From Myxococcota bacterium (GTDB lineage: Bacteria > Myxococcota_A > UBA796 > GCA-2862545), in contig JBCCQY010000031.1 in NCBI GenBank assembly GCA_039208735.1, positions 9,511 through 73,510 on the forward strand: a stretch of 64,000 bases of DNA, in the 5' to 3' direction. Under the pieces are notes generated by a model. The model was given only the letters and a program-made list of their open reading frames with translations. It searched no databases and was not told the origin of the DNA. This document shows, piece by piece, positions 1 to 8,473 of this stretch. Made by a program: the position numbers and the translations under genes. The stretch's first letter is position 1. Each line of letters starts with the position of its first letter.

Positions 1-294
1 CCGTGGTGGTCGGCGCTTGGCGTACTAGTACCGGTGGGAGGGCGTCACCGACGCGGCGTGACCTTCGATGTCAGCCCCGGAGAGCGCGTCGCCATCTATG
101 CGCGCAACCTCTCATCCGACCTCGGCGTCACGACGTTGCGGTTGGGCGAGGAGGTCGTGGACGGCATCGGCCATGCCGCCTGGCCCGCCCCCTTCCGTGC
201 CACTGAGCCGTTGTCCGTCACCGTCGAGGTCCCGACCCGCGACGCCGTCCAGATCGTGGTCGGCCAGGCGAAATGCCCCGAGGAGCGCCCATGA
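1..294 (+). CDS. hypothetical protein, C-terminal fragment (5'-truncated by window)
   Basis: Frame 1 is open from base 1 (PWWSALGVLVPVGGR...CPEERP*); its TGA overlaps the next ATG (ATGA, 291-294). Confidence 0.7.
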   Translation, partial: PWWSALGVLVPVGGRHRRGVTFDVSPGERVAIYARNLSSDLGVTTLRLGEEVVDGIGHAAWPAPFRATEPLSVTVEVPTRDAVQIVVGQAKCPEERP

Positions 295-2405
295 GTCCGC
301 CCACCGGAGCCCCTGCATCGTGGGAGGCCTATACCCGCGGCGCCCACGCCGACCCCGCGTACACCCCGCCCCGACGAAGCGCGGACGACGACGTGGTGAC
401 GGTCCTGATCGCTGAAGATCGGGACGGGGCCAAGGCCGCGGAACGGCGGGCGTCCCTCCTCGGCGATGTCGACGATCTGGGGGTGAGCCGTTGGACCGCG
501 GTCGAACGGGCCCATCGATCCGCAGGCTCCGCGGAGGACCGCATCGAGGCCCTAGAAGCGTTGGCCGCGATGCCTCCGGGAAACCAATGGTCTGGCATCT
601 TCTCGGAGGGTCGACGACTGGGGCTCATGGCCGAGATCGAGGGGCGTCGGAACAACCGGTCCTCGAACCGGGTCAACGACTGGCTCGAAGAGGCCCGAAC
701 GTGCTTCGAGCCGCTCGACGATCGCTACGGCGACGGCTGGCTCGCCCTCGTTCGCGGGCGAGCGCTCGCATGGCAGGGCGACCTCGACAGTGCAAGCCAG
801 TCCCTAACCTTGGCTTTGGTCCGGTTTGCGGTGCTCGGAAATCGCTTCCGCATCAGCGACACGATCTATGAACTGGCGGGAGCGTATCGAGACCTTCGCT
901 ACGACCTGGCCGCGGGACCTCTCCACGAGGTCGCCGAGCAAATCGCCTCGGACCTAGGCAACGCCTCACAGCTCGCACGGGCCCGTCGCGGGTTGGCCAT
1001 CACCTTGCACCAACTAGCAGAACGCGCCGAAGAACGCATGGACGAGCCCGAAGAACGACGCCTCTTGCGCGCGGCTCGGTCGTGGGCCGAACGGGCCTAT
1101 ACCGCGACGACCACGCTCGACGCGGCGGACGCCGATGCGCCCGACTCGTACCGCGCAACCATGGCGGCCCTCGATCTGTCGGCCATCGCCGAGGCCCAAA
1201 AGGACCCAAACGACGCGAAACGTTGGTTTGAAGTTGCGACCCGTGAGTCTGGACTCGACGCGTTGCGCCTGCAGGACCGCGGTGAGACGATCTTTAATCA
1301 GCACGTCACCCCCGCCTTCGTGGGGCTCGAAGACCTGGACCTCGAAGCGGGAGCCGCCACCGCAAAGGCCCGCACGCGGTACTCGTACGTGCGTCTTGCC
1401 GAACGGGAACTCCACTTTCGGGAGCTTGTCCCTGACGTTCGTGACTCGGGGCAGGCCCAGGCTCTCATCGCCCGCCTGTGGCTCCTTCGCCAAGAGGACC
1501 CCAAAGCCATTGGCGCGTTGCTTGAAGCGGCGGCGGAAGCCGGCCAAGCCGCCGACGACGCCCAAGCCGCCGGCCATCCCGACGACGGCGCTGCGTTCCG
1601 CGCTCGACGCTGGCGCCACTTGGCCCAACGCCACGCCGAACGTCTGGGCGCTGACCTCACGGCTCCAGGGCTGGACCTAAGCCCGGTGGATCTGACGCCT
1701 GCGGAGGCCGTGGCTCAGGACGAGGCGGGGCTCCTCGTCACCCACCTGCTCGACGACCAGCCCGGGTTCCGCACGTTCCGGGTGGTGAGTGTCGATGACC
1801 ACCGGCCCGCCCACCTCACGGTGAGTGAATCTCCGGTTGACAAAGGGCTGCTCGCCGCCATCGCTCGACTGAGTCATGACCGCCCCGAACTGCCGATTGT
1901 CCGCTCGTGGTCCGCCACACCGGATGGCTTTTGGCTGGTGGACGAAGAGGTCGTTGGCCAACCCCTGGCGCAGATTACCGCCGGAGCGGACCCCGCGACC
2001 GCACGGTACGCCATCGCAGGGCTGTGCAGCACGATCGATGCGTTGCATCGGCTGGGCATCGTCAACGTCGTGGTCGACCCGTCTTCGGTCGTGGTAGGGC
2101 CGGGCGCCCAGACGGTGCTCGGCCGCTACGCGCCGGTTCGAACCCCCGTTCCCGACAAGGCGCTCTACCCCTCGGGCCTCCGAGGTGCGGCCGACGATGC
2201 AGCCGCCCTTGGCCTTTTGGTACTGCGTTGGGTGCTTGGCGAGCCGACGCTGGAACTTAAACAAGCTCGGCGCCGGCTACGTCGTGACCGGTTCTTGGCT
2301 CGAGGCGCCATCGGCAAGGTCAGCCTCGAGCTGGCCAACGCCCTCCGCGACGCCCTCGACGGGCGCCCCGAGGCCGTCGGTGAACTCGCGGACACCCTCT
2401 ATTGA
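291..2405 (+). CDS. TPR-like helical repeat protein with C-terminal degenerate protein-kinase-like domain
   Basis: ATGA-coupled start at 291. Ala/Leu-rich TPR-like helices (GRALAWQGDLDSASQSL; ELAGAYRDL; RGLAITLHQLA). C-terminus follows kinase subdomain order (FWLVDEEVVGQPL; DALHRLGIVNVVVDPSSVVV; DDAAALGLLV) but lacks HRD and DFG. Confidence 0.65.
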   Translation: MSPPTGAPASWEAYTRGAHADPAYTPPRRSADDDVVTVLIAEDRDGAKAAERRASLLGDVDDLGVSRWTAVERAHRSAGSAEDRIEALEALAAMPPGNQWSGIFSEGRRLGLMAEIEGRRNNRSSNRVNDWLEEARTCFEPLDDRYGDGWLALVRGRALAWQGDLDSASQSLTLALVRFAVLGNRFRISDTIYELAGAYRDLRYDLAAGPLHEVAEQIASDLGNASQLARARRGLAITLHQLAERAEERMDEPEERRLLRAARSWAERAYTATTTLDAADADAPDSYRATMAALDLSAIAEAQKDPNDAKRWFEVATRESGLDALRLQDRGETIFNQHVTPAFVGLEDLDLEAGAATAKARTRYSYVRLAERELHFRELVPDVRDSGQAQALIARLWLLRQEDPKAIGALLEAAAEAGQAADDAQAAGHPDDGAAFRARRWRHLAQRHAERLGADLTAPGLDLSPVDLTPAEAVAQDEAGLLVTHLLDDQPGFRTFRVVSVDDHRPAHLTVSESPVDKGLLAAIARLSHDRPELPIVRSWSATPDGFWLVDEEVVGQPLAQITAGADPATARYAIAGLCSTIDALHRLGIVNVVVDPSSVVVGPGAQTVLGRYAPVRTPVPDKALYPSGLRGAADDAAALGLLVLRWVLGEPTLELKQARRRLRRDRFLARGAIGKVSLELANALRDALDGRPEAVGELADTLY

Positions 2406-3319
2406 CGAACCGAGGCCTCCCACGTAGCAAGCTGGGCCCGCGTCACGGCCGCGCCTCCGCAGACCACGACCAAGGTCTCTCGCCCTTGCGTGGGGCCTCC
2501 TACGGCCGCTAGCGCGGCGCCGCACGACGGTTCCACCAGCATTCGGTGTTCATCGAGAAACCGCGCGCAGCCTGCCAACGCGTCGGCATCGGTACACGTC
2601 CAGGAGGTGATGGGGTGTCGATCGCGCCACGCCAATGCCTGGTCGCAGACCCGCTTGGCCCCCAACGTCAGGGCCACCGTATCGATGGCGTCGAGGGTGA
2701 TGGGCGTTCCTGCGGCAACCGCACCGGCATACGAAGCCGCCCCCAGCGTTTCGACGGCGAGAACCTCGGACTTGGTCCATCCCACGTCCGCCAGGCCCTG
2801 AAGGACGCCACACAACAGCCCACCCCCGCCTACCGCGACGACGACCACCTCAGGAGGCTTGGCCAGGGCCGCTGCGCACTCATGGACCAGCGTGGCATGA
2901 CCGCGCCACACGTCGGGATGGTCGAAGGGGTGGATGACGGGGGCCTCCGCCTCATCCGCGAGGACTAAGGCATGCGCATGCGCATCGTCCCAAACGTCGC
3001 CGTGAACAAGAACCGTGGCGCCCGTCCCGCGGATGAGGTCCTGCATGCGCGGGTCGGTCCGTTGTGGCACGACGACCGTGACCGGCACTCCAAGCGCGGC
3101 CCCTGCATAGGCCACGGCGTAGCCCGCGTTGCCTCCGGACGAGGAGAACAGGGCGCTCGCGCCGTCGGCGACCGCGGCTTGGGCGAGAGCCCCCATCCCG
3201 CGCAGCTTGAAGGAGCCTGTGGGCTGTAGATTTTCGCACTTCAGCCATACCGGAGCCCCGTTCCGGACCGTTCCGAGGGCTGATCGCAGCAGGGGAGTGC
3301 GGGCATGGAGGACCGTCAC
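2399..3319 (-). CDS. PLP-dependent L-serine/L-threonine dehydratase (fold type II, no regulatory domain)
   Basis: KCENLQPTGSFKLRG (PLP Lys), SSGGNAG, VGGGGLLCG, EPSCGAALA, VVVCGG. Confidence 0.9.
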   Translation of the reverse strand: MTVLHARTPLLRSALGTVRNGAPVWLKCENLQPTGSFKLRGMGALAQAAVADGASALFSSSGGNAGYAVAYAGAALGVPVTVVVPQRTDPRMQDLIRGTGATVLVHGDVWDDAHAHALVLADEAEAPVIHPFDHPDVWRGHATLVHECAAALAKPPEVVVVAVGGGGLLCGVLQGLADVGWTKSEVLAVETLGAASYAGAVAAGTPITLDAIDTVALTLGAKRVCDQALAWRDRHPITSWTCTDADALAGCARFLDEHRMLVEPSCGAALAAVGGPTQGRETLVVVCGGAAVTRAQLATWEASVRQ

Positions 3320-4134
3320 TGGCTGCGAATCAGACGGTTGACGTACATGCGCAGCACGTTGCGGTACGAGACCGGCATCGCTTGGTAGATGCGGGCAAGG
3401 AAATGGGCGTCCCGGCCAACCAAAATGCGCCGTTCGTTGCGCTGGATGCCCTTCACGATGATGTTGGCCGCCTGCTCGGGGGGAATTCCCTGATCAATTG
3501 CCTTTCGTGCCTGCTTCTGCGCAAACACCCCTCCGGCCCGGAACCGCCCATCGGAGACGATATTGGTCGCCACCGCTCCTGGGTGGATGGACGAAAACCG
3601 TACGTTGCTCTCCCAGTGCTCTTGCTCAAGCGATTCGGTGAGCGAACGGACGGCGTGTTTCGACATGCAGTAGGCCGCGTTGTCGGGCATGCTCACGATG
3701 CCAAAAATGCTGGAGACGTTGACAAGATGGGCTTCGTCTTGCTCGAGCAGATGAGGCAAAAACGTGTAGCAGCCGTACATCACGCCCCGAAGGTTCACGT
3801 CGAGCTGCCACTCTAAGTCCTCGACGGAACACTCGAGAAAAGGCCCTGTCAGGGCCACCCCGGCGTTGTTCATAAGTAGCTGCACCGAACCGTGGGTCGC
3901 GATCACCTCGTCGAGGAAGCCGGGCCAGGCTCCACGCTTGGCCACGTCGAACCCATGGGCCGACGACTTACGCCCTAGTTCCTCAATCTCCGCGGCGACC
4001 GGCGTCACCTTCTCGACGTCGAGGTCCGTGACCACGACGTTCATGCCTCGACGTGCCAGTTCGAGGGCGGTGGCACGACCAATGCCCGAGCCCGCTCCCG
4101 TCACGACGGCGGTGCGATCCTGGAGTTTCTTCAC
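3316..4134 (-). CDS. short-chain dehydrogenase/reductase (SDR)
   Basis: TGAGSGIG, NNAG, catalytic YCMSK. GTG start at 4134 follows AAGGGAG; stop overlaps the dehydratase start. Confidence 0.9.
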   Translation of the reverse strand: MKKLQDRTAVVTGAGSGIGRATALELARRGMNVVVTDLDVEKVTPVAAEIEELGRKSSAHGFDVAKRGAWPGFLDEVIATHGSVQLLMNNAGVALTGPFLECSVEDLEWQLDVNLRGVMYGCYTFLPHLLEQDEAHLVNVSSIFGIVSMPDNAAYCMSKHAVRSLTESLEQEHWESNVRFSSIHPGAVATNIVSDGRFRAGGVFAQKQARKAIDQGIPPEQAANIIVKGIQRNERRILVGRDAHFLARIYQAMPVSYRNVLRMYVNRLIRSQ

Positions 4135-4138
4135 ACCT

Positions 4139-4221
4139 GCTCCCTTGGATGAAGGAGTGTCGCATGCCACCCCTCCGCTGGCGAGACGGAGCTTACGGAT
4201 CCCACCGTAGGTGGGCGACAC
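4139..4221 (-). promoter_or_regulatory. putative structured 5' leader (three-way junction plus SD-sequestering hairpin) upstream of the SDR gene
   Basis: Hand-folded stems: 4157-4163/4215-4221, 4167-4171/4210-4214, 4173-4177/4187-4191, 4194-4198/4205-4209. CUCCUU/AAGGGAG hairpin covers the RBS. Confidence 0.3.
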
Positions 4222-4374
4222 GGCGGCGCGTTTCGTCTCGCAGGTTCATGACGCGCCCCATTTTGGCAACCCCAGCCTTTTACCTTGTCGGGAACGCACC
4301 GTTGCCTTCTCCAACGACATTGGGGGTCAGCCACCTCCTGTTGAACAGGATCCTCGAGCCGTCCTACAATGACG

Positions 4375-5040
4375 TCAGGGTAGGTCGAACGCGCGCCCGG
4401 CGGCCCGGCCCTCGGCGAAGGCTCCTGGGTCGACCGAGATGGAGCGGCCCTTGCCGAGCCGCAACCGCTCGCGGACAAAGCGTTCAAGGGCGTCACGATG
4501 GGCCGCCATCGCAGCGTCGATCTGCACGAGCGCCCCTGGTTCAGCCGGCCGCACGTCGGAGCCCGCATCGCGCAGCCGCTCGATGATGGACTCGACCGCC
4601 CCAATGCGAAACGCCTCGTGCCAGGCTTTCGATCGTTTTCCACCCTCGGTCGCTGACAACCACTCGATACGCTTCGTGAGCCAGCTCCACAGCGCATGGA
4701 CCGCGGCACGGTCTCGGGAGCGCCCGACGACAATGAGTCGTTCGCCGTCATCCGCCCGCAAGGTGTAGACGACGCAGCCATTCACGTCCGCCAGCCCCCC
4801 CGCGAGCACCCGCTTCCATTTCCGAAGGCGCCGAGCCACTTCGAGCGGCTCGTCTCGCGCATCCTCAATGGGATCCGGGTCTTCTTCAACGGCTCGCTCG
4901 GCGGCCAAGTAGCCCTCGAGCCGATGCCGCTCGATGAGCCGTTGAGCCCGGGCAGCGGCCGCCGCCGCCTCGTGGACGTTGGGCGAGGTGGCGAGCGCCA
5001 GCAACTTGCGGACACGATCGAGGACGGCTTCGTCGGGCAT
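4375..5040 (-). CDS. DUF2786 domain-containing protein
   Basis: N-terminal VLDRVRKLLALATSPNVHEAAAAAARAQRLIERHRL, plus AFRIGAV and GAFAEGRAAG motifs typical of the family. Confidence 0.8.
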   Translation of the reverse strand: MPDEAVLDRVRKLLALATSPNVHEAAAAAARAQRLIERHRLEGYLAAERAVEEDPDPIEDARDEPLEVARRLRKWKRVLAGGLADVNGCVVYTLRADDGERLIVVGRSRDRAAVHALWSWLTKRIEWLSATEGGKRSKAWHEAFRIGAVESIIERLRDAGSDVRPAEPGALVQIDAAMAAHRDALERFVRERLRLGKGRSISVDPGAFAEGRAAGRAFDLP

Positions 5041-5053
5041 GCCCGTGGTCTAT

Positions 5054-5950
5054 TCAGTCGTTGGAACCCACGCCGTTCGTCGGTACCCGCACACTCTTGA
5101 CCCCTGCCGCGGGAAGGGATTCGCCCACGGTGACCGCATTACGGACTTGGTCGTAAATCTCGCCCATTCCACTTGGGGAGTGCGGCATGAAAATCGTCCG
5201 AGTGTCCGATGCACCCGACATCGAGGAGAGCGTGTCGAAGTACTGCGTCATGAGCAGCAGCGACATGATGGTCTCGGCCGACATCGAGCCCATGTTCTCG
5301 CGCACGAGCTCGGCCGACTCCGACAATCCATCGGCAATGGCTTTCCGTTGTTTTGCAATCCCGATGCCCTGCAAGTGCTTGGACTCCGCTTCGGCCTCGG
5401 CTGCCTTGACGTGCCGAATCTTCTCGGCTTCCGCTTCCATCTCGGCCGCGACCTTGAGGCGCTCGGCCGCATTGATGCGGTTCATCGAATCCTTGACCGC
5501 CTGGTCGGGGTCGATGTCAGTCACCAGAGCCTTGATGATCAGGTAGCCAAAGTCGTCCATAATGTCGGCCAGCTGCTCTTTCACGGCATGTGCGACATCG
5601 TCTTTCGCCTCGAACGTCTGATCCAGCGTGAGCATTGGCACCCGGGCCCGCACGACATCATAGACGTAGCTCTCGATCTGGCCTCGCGGATTCGAGAGCT
5701 TGTAGTACGCATCGTAGGCGTTCTGGATTTGAAACTGCACCGCGACGGTCATTTGGACAAACACGTTGTCGCGCGTCTTCGTCTCGCACCTCACAACAAG
5801 TTCCTGAATGCGGAGGTCGAGGCGAGCCACGACCGAATCGACGAACGGGACCATGAAGTTGAGTCCCGCAGTCGCGACGAAGGAGTGTTTCCCAAACCGC
5901 TGAACAATCGCGACGCTTTGCTGTTGGACCGTGAAGATGGCCAAGAGCAC
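5054..5950 (-). CDS. SPFH/band 7 domain protein (HIR-like, no N-terminal TM)
   Basis: FTVQQQSVAIVQRFGK, GLNFMVPFVD, ETKTRDNVFV, ALVTDIDPD, coiled coil AEAEAESKHLQGIGIA, TQYFDTL, IFMPHSPSGM. Confidence 0.9.
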   Translation of the reverse strand: MLLAIFTVQQQSVAIVQRFGKHSFVATAGLNFMVPFVDSVVARLDLRIQELVVRCETKTRDNVFVQMTVAVQFQIQNAYDAYYKLSNPRGQIESYVYDVVRARVPMLTLDQTFEAKDDVAHAVKEQLADIMDDFGYLIIKALVTDIDPDQAVKDSMNRINAAERLKVAAEMEAEAEKIRHVKAAEAEAESKHLQGIGIAKQRKAIADGLSESAELVRENMGSMSAETIMSLLLMTQYFDTLSSMSGASDTRTIFMPHSPSGMGEIYDQVRNAVTVGESLPAAGVKSVRVPTNGVGSND

Positions 5951-6026
5951 CCTCCCTGCTGGTGGTGCCTCAAGATACGCCAGCCAAGAGCCTCGTATTG
6001 CTCCACGCGATGGAATTTCCTCGACA

Positions 6027-6040
6027 TGAACACTTGTTCA
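6027..6040. promoter_or_regulatory. LexA-type SOS box (TGAAC-N4-GTTCA) upstream of the AlkB-like gene
   Basis: Perfect palindrome TGAACACTTGTTCA right after a -35-like TCGACA (6021-6026), 15 bp before the ATG. Confidence 0.65.
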
Positions 6041-6055
6041 CTATAGACAGGCGGC

Positions 6056-6676
6056 ATGAGCCAGCTGCTTCCCATGTTTGTCGAGTCCCTTCATCTTCGC
6101 CCGCTCCAACGCCTCGAACGCACCGTGGTGGGTCCTGGGTCCTGGATCGAACGGCGCCCAGGTTGGGTGGCCGGTGATGGCGAACTGTATGCCACGCTGC
6201 TCAACACCACTGAATGGCATGCGGCTCGCCGCCGCATGTATGACCGCATCGTCGACGTGCCGCGCACCCTCGCCTCGCTGCCCGAAGATGGGCCTGGCCA
6301 CCCGCTGGTCGATGAGATGTCCACCGTGCTCGCCACGCGCTACGGCCGCGATTTGTCACGGATATCGCTCGCCCACTACCGTGACGGTCGAGACTCGGTG
6401 GCCTTCCACGGGGACCGCTTAGGCCGGCACCGAATCAACAGCGTGGTGGCGGTGGTTAGCCTCGGTGGCCCTCGACGATTTCTGGTGCGACCACGTGGCG
6501 GGGGCCGCTCCATCAGCTGGACGTTGGGGCCCGGCGACCTGATGGTGATGGGAGGCCGCATCCAGGCCGACTTTGAACATGCCGTCCCCAAGATGGCACG
6601 CGCGGCCCCTCGCATGGCGGTGATGTTTCGCTCCGCGGCGGTGGTTCCGCCCCGCACCGAAGCCCCCTTGGCTTAG
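6056..6676 (+). CDS. AlkB-family 2OG-Fe(II) dioxygenase (ALKBH2/3-like alkylated DNA repair)
   Basis: RRMYDRIVDVPR, HYRDGRDSVAFHGD (HxD), SLGGPRRF, EHAVPK, RMAVMFR. Confidence 0.9.
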   Translation: MSQLLPMFVESLHLRPLQRLERTVVGPGSWIERRPGWVAGDGELYATLLNTTEWHAARRRMYDRIVDVPRTLASLPEDGPGHPLVDEMSTVLATRYGRDLSRISLAHYRDGRDSVAFHGDRLGRHRINSVVAVVSLGGPRRFLVRPRGGGRSISWTLGPGDLMVMGGRIQADFEHAVPKMARAAPRMAVMFRSAAVVPPRTEAPLA

Positions 6677-8391
6677 GTCTGGGGGGCCGCCGCGCGCAGG
6701 GTCTCATTCCGATGGGCCTGGCGTGCATGGGCCGACCGGGCGATCTGTTGCTCGAGCACATCGACCTCGCGCGCCAACACCGCATGTTCCTGCCGCGCCC
6801 GATCGGCCCGACGTTCAGCCGTTCGCAAATCCGCCGCCGCTTCGTTGAGTTCGAGTTGGGTCGCCTGCCACGTTTCCTTCAACACCGCCTTGCTGCGCGC
6901 GAGGGCCACCACATCGTCAGGGTTGGCGCCCCGCTCTAGCGCAAAGGCTTCCTGAAACGCGCTCCGCTGAAGGGCTTCGTCGCGGGTCAATCGCTGCACC
7001 ACCGATCGACTGTCTTCGACCGATCGCAGGTCGGCGGCCAACCGTTCATGCAGGCGGGCCTCCTCTCGGCGAGCCTTCGTGAGGTGACGCTGCAAATCGG
7101 CGTCGACGGTTTCGATATCAGTGAGCTGCATCGCCAAATGTTCACGTCGTAGCTGCCGTTCACGACGACGCAAATCCGCCGCACGCACCTCGGGCAACGT
7201 GTTCATCATGAGGTCTTCGAAGCGGTAGGGCGTCATGGCGTGAGCCGCGTTGCGAGGCCGCTCGTGTTCGGGCAACCAACCATCGAACTCCCCGGCAAGG
7301 TAGCGGCAGTACTCGTCCTGCAAGGCCCCTGAAAGGTAGATTTTGATCGCGCGCGGTTGGAAGAGCTTCGCGGCAAACAGCGAGACGAAAATCAGGATCA
7401 AGAAACCCTGGATGCTGCGCTCAGCCGCGGCAAACGAGGGATCTTGAGACAACTCCTCCAGCGCCTTGCGCCGCTCGGCCGCACTGTCCGTGGGCAACAC
7501 GATGCCCCACTGGCTCTGCAAGCGCTCCGCATCGTTGGTTTCCAGCGCCCCTGACAACGCCTCAACTTCGGACTCCCTCGCCGACACGATGCGGTCGAGT
7601 TCGGCTTCGGCGGTCGCGATGCGGGCTTCGATGGTGCGGGCGATAGGACCATACCCACGACGGCCCGAACTCCGCCCCGCAAGTTCGTCCTCAAGCAGAT
7701 TCCGATCGTTCCACAGCTGTTCGCGAAGCGCCGCCTCGCGCGCTGCATCCTGGCTTGCAACCTCGGACCGCACCCCGTCGATGATCTGCTTGCGCTTTAG
7801 ATCCACGACGTGTTCGATATCGGTGGTGAACAGCATGTCGGCGAGCTGAGGGGCGGTAAGCCACAACGAGCCGCTTACGATGCCAATGCGCAACAGATAT
7901 CCGCCGAGCAGGCTCAGTCTTGACATCCAGGGGCTGGCAGTCCGCCCGTACAAGCGACGCTCGATCGAGGGTGCCGCGACGTCCAAAGTCATCAGCGTGG
8001 CGTCGATCCCCCACACGATCACAAACACCGCCAATCCCGCACAGACCCCGAAGGCCGGCATCAACGGCCCCTCCGAGAGCTGGGACATCATACGACCCCA
8101 CGCAATGCCCTCCGCCGAAGCCATGATGAGGACAAGCACCGTCACGATGAGCAACCACCCCGCGCCCGCCGGCGAAAGTAATCGCTCCCCGTACGGCCGG
8201 AACGTCGCGGTGGCGACCAACAACTCGAGGCCACTCACCGCGCCATTGGCCCGGGGAGGTTTCGCCGGCTCAGGACGAAAGCGGCGACCGGGCGCATCAG
8301 GCAAGGTCAGGGTGGTGACGTCTTTCGCGAGCCGAGGCGCGACAAGGGTGGCGGAATCCTCGGCAACGAGCGGCCCTGGCGGCTGCAGCAT
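6673..8391 (-). CDS. DUF4407-like membrane protein with long C-terminal coiled coil
   Basis: About 4 hydrophobic segments, GRSSGRRGYGPIA motif, heptad-rich C-terminus. ATG at 8391 follows GGAG. Confidence 0.65.
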   Translation of the reverse strand: MLQPPGPLVAEDSATLVAPRLAKDVTTLTLPDAPGRRFRPEPAKPPRANGAVSGLELLVATATFRPYGERLLSPAGAGWLLIVTVLVLIMASAEGIAWGRMMSQLSEGPLMPAFGVCAGLAVFVIVWGIDATLMTLDVAAPSIERRLYGRTASPWMSRLSLLGGYLLRIGIVSGSLWLTAPQLADMLFTTDIEHVVDLKRKQIIDGVRSEVASQDAAREAALREQLWNDRNLLEDELAGRSSGRRGYGPIARTIEARIATAEAELDRIVSARESEVEALSGALETNDAERLQSQWGIVLPTDSAAERRKALEELSQDPSFAAAERSIQGFLILIFVSLFAAKLFQPRAIKIYLSGALQDEYCRYLAGEFDGWLPEHERPRNAAHAMTPYRFEDLMMNTLPEVRAADLRRRERQLRREHLAMQLTDIETVDADLQRHLTKARREEARLHERLAADLRSVEDSRSVVQRLTRDEALQRSAFQEAFALERGANPDDVVALARSKAVLKETWQATQLELNEAAADLRTAERRADRARQEHAVLAREVDVLEQQIARSAHARQAHRNETLRAAAPQT

Positions 8392-8473
8392 GGAAACTCC
8401 TCGGCATACGCCGGAATCAGTGTCCATACGCAGGCGCCCCTACGAGCATTGCAATCCGATCCTTGGGGGGCCT

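Noticed and set aside
4135..4374. RNase P, SRP, tmRNA, or TPP/purine riboswitch
   Set aside because: Hallmark motifs are missing (GAGGAAAGUCC; CAGG...GGAAG...AGCAG; CUGAGA; purine junction UUUCUAC). Kept only as an unassigned structured element.
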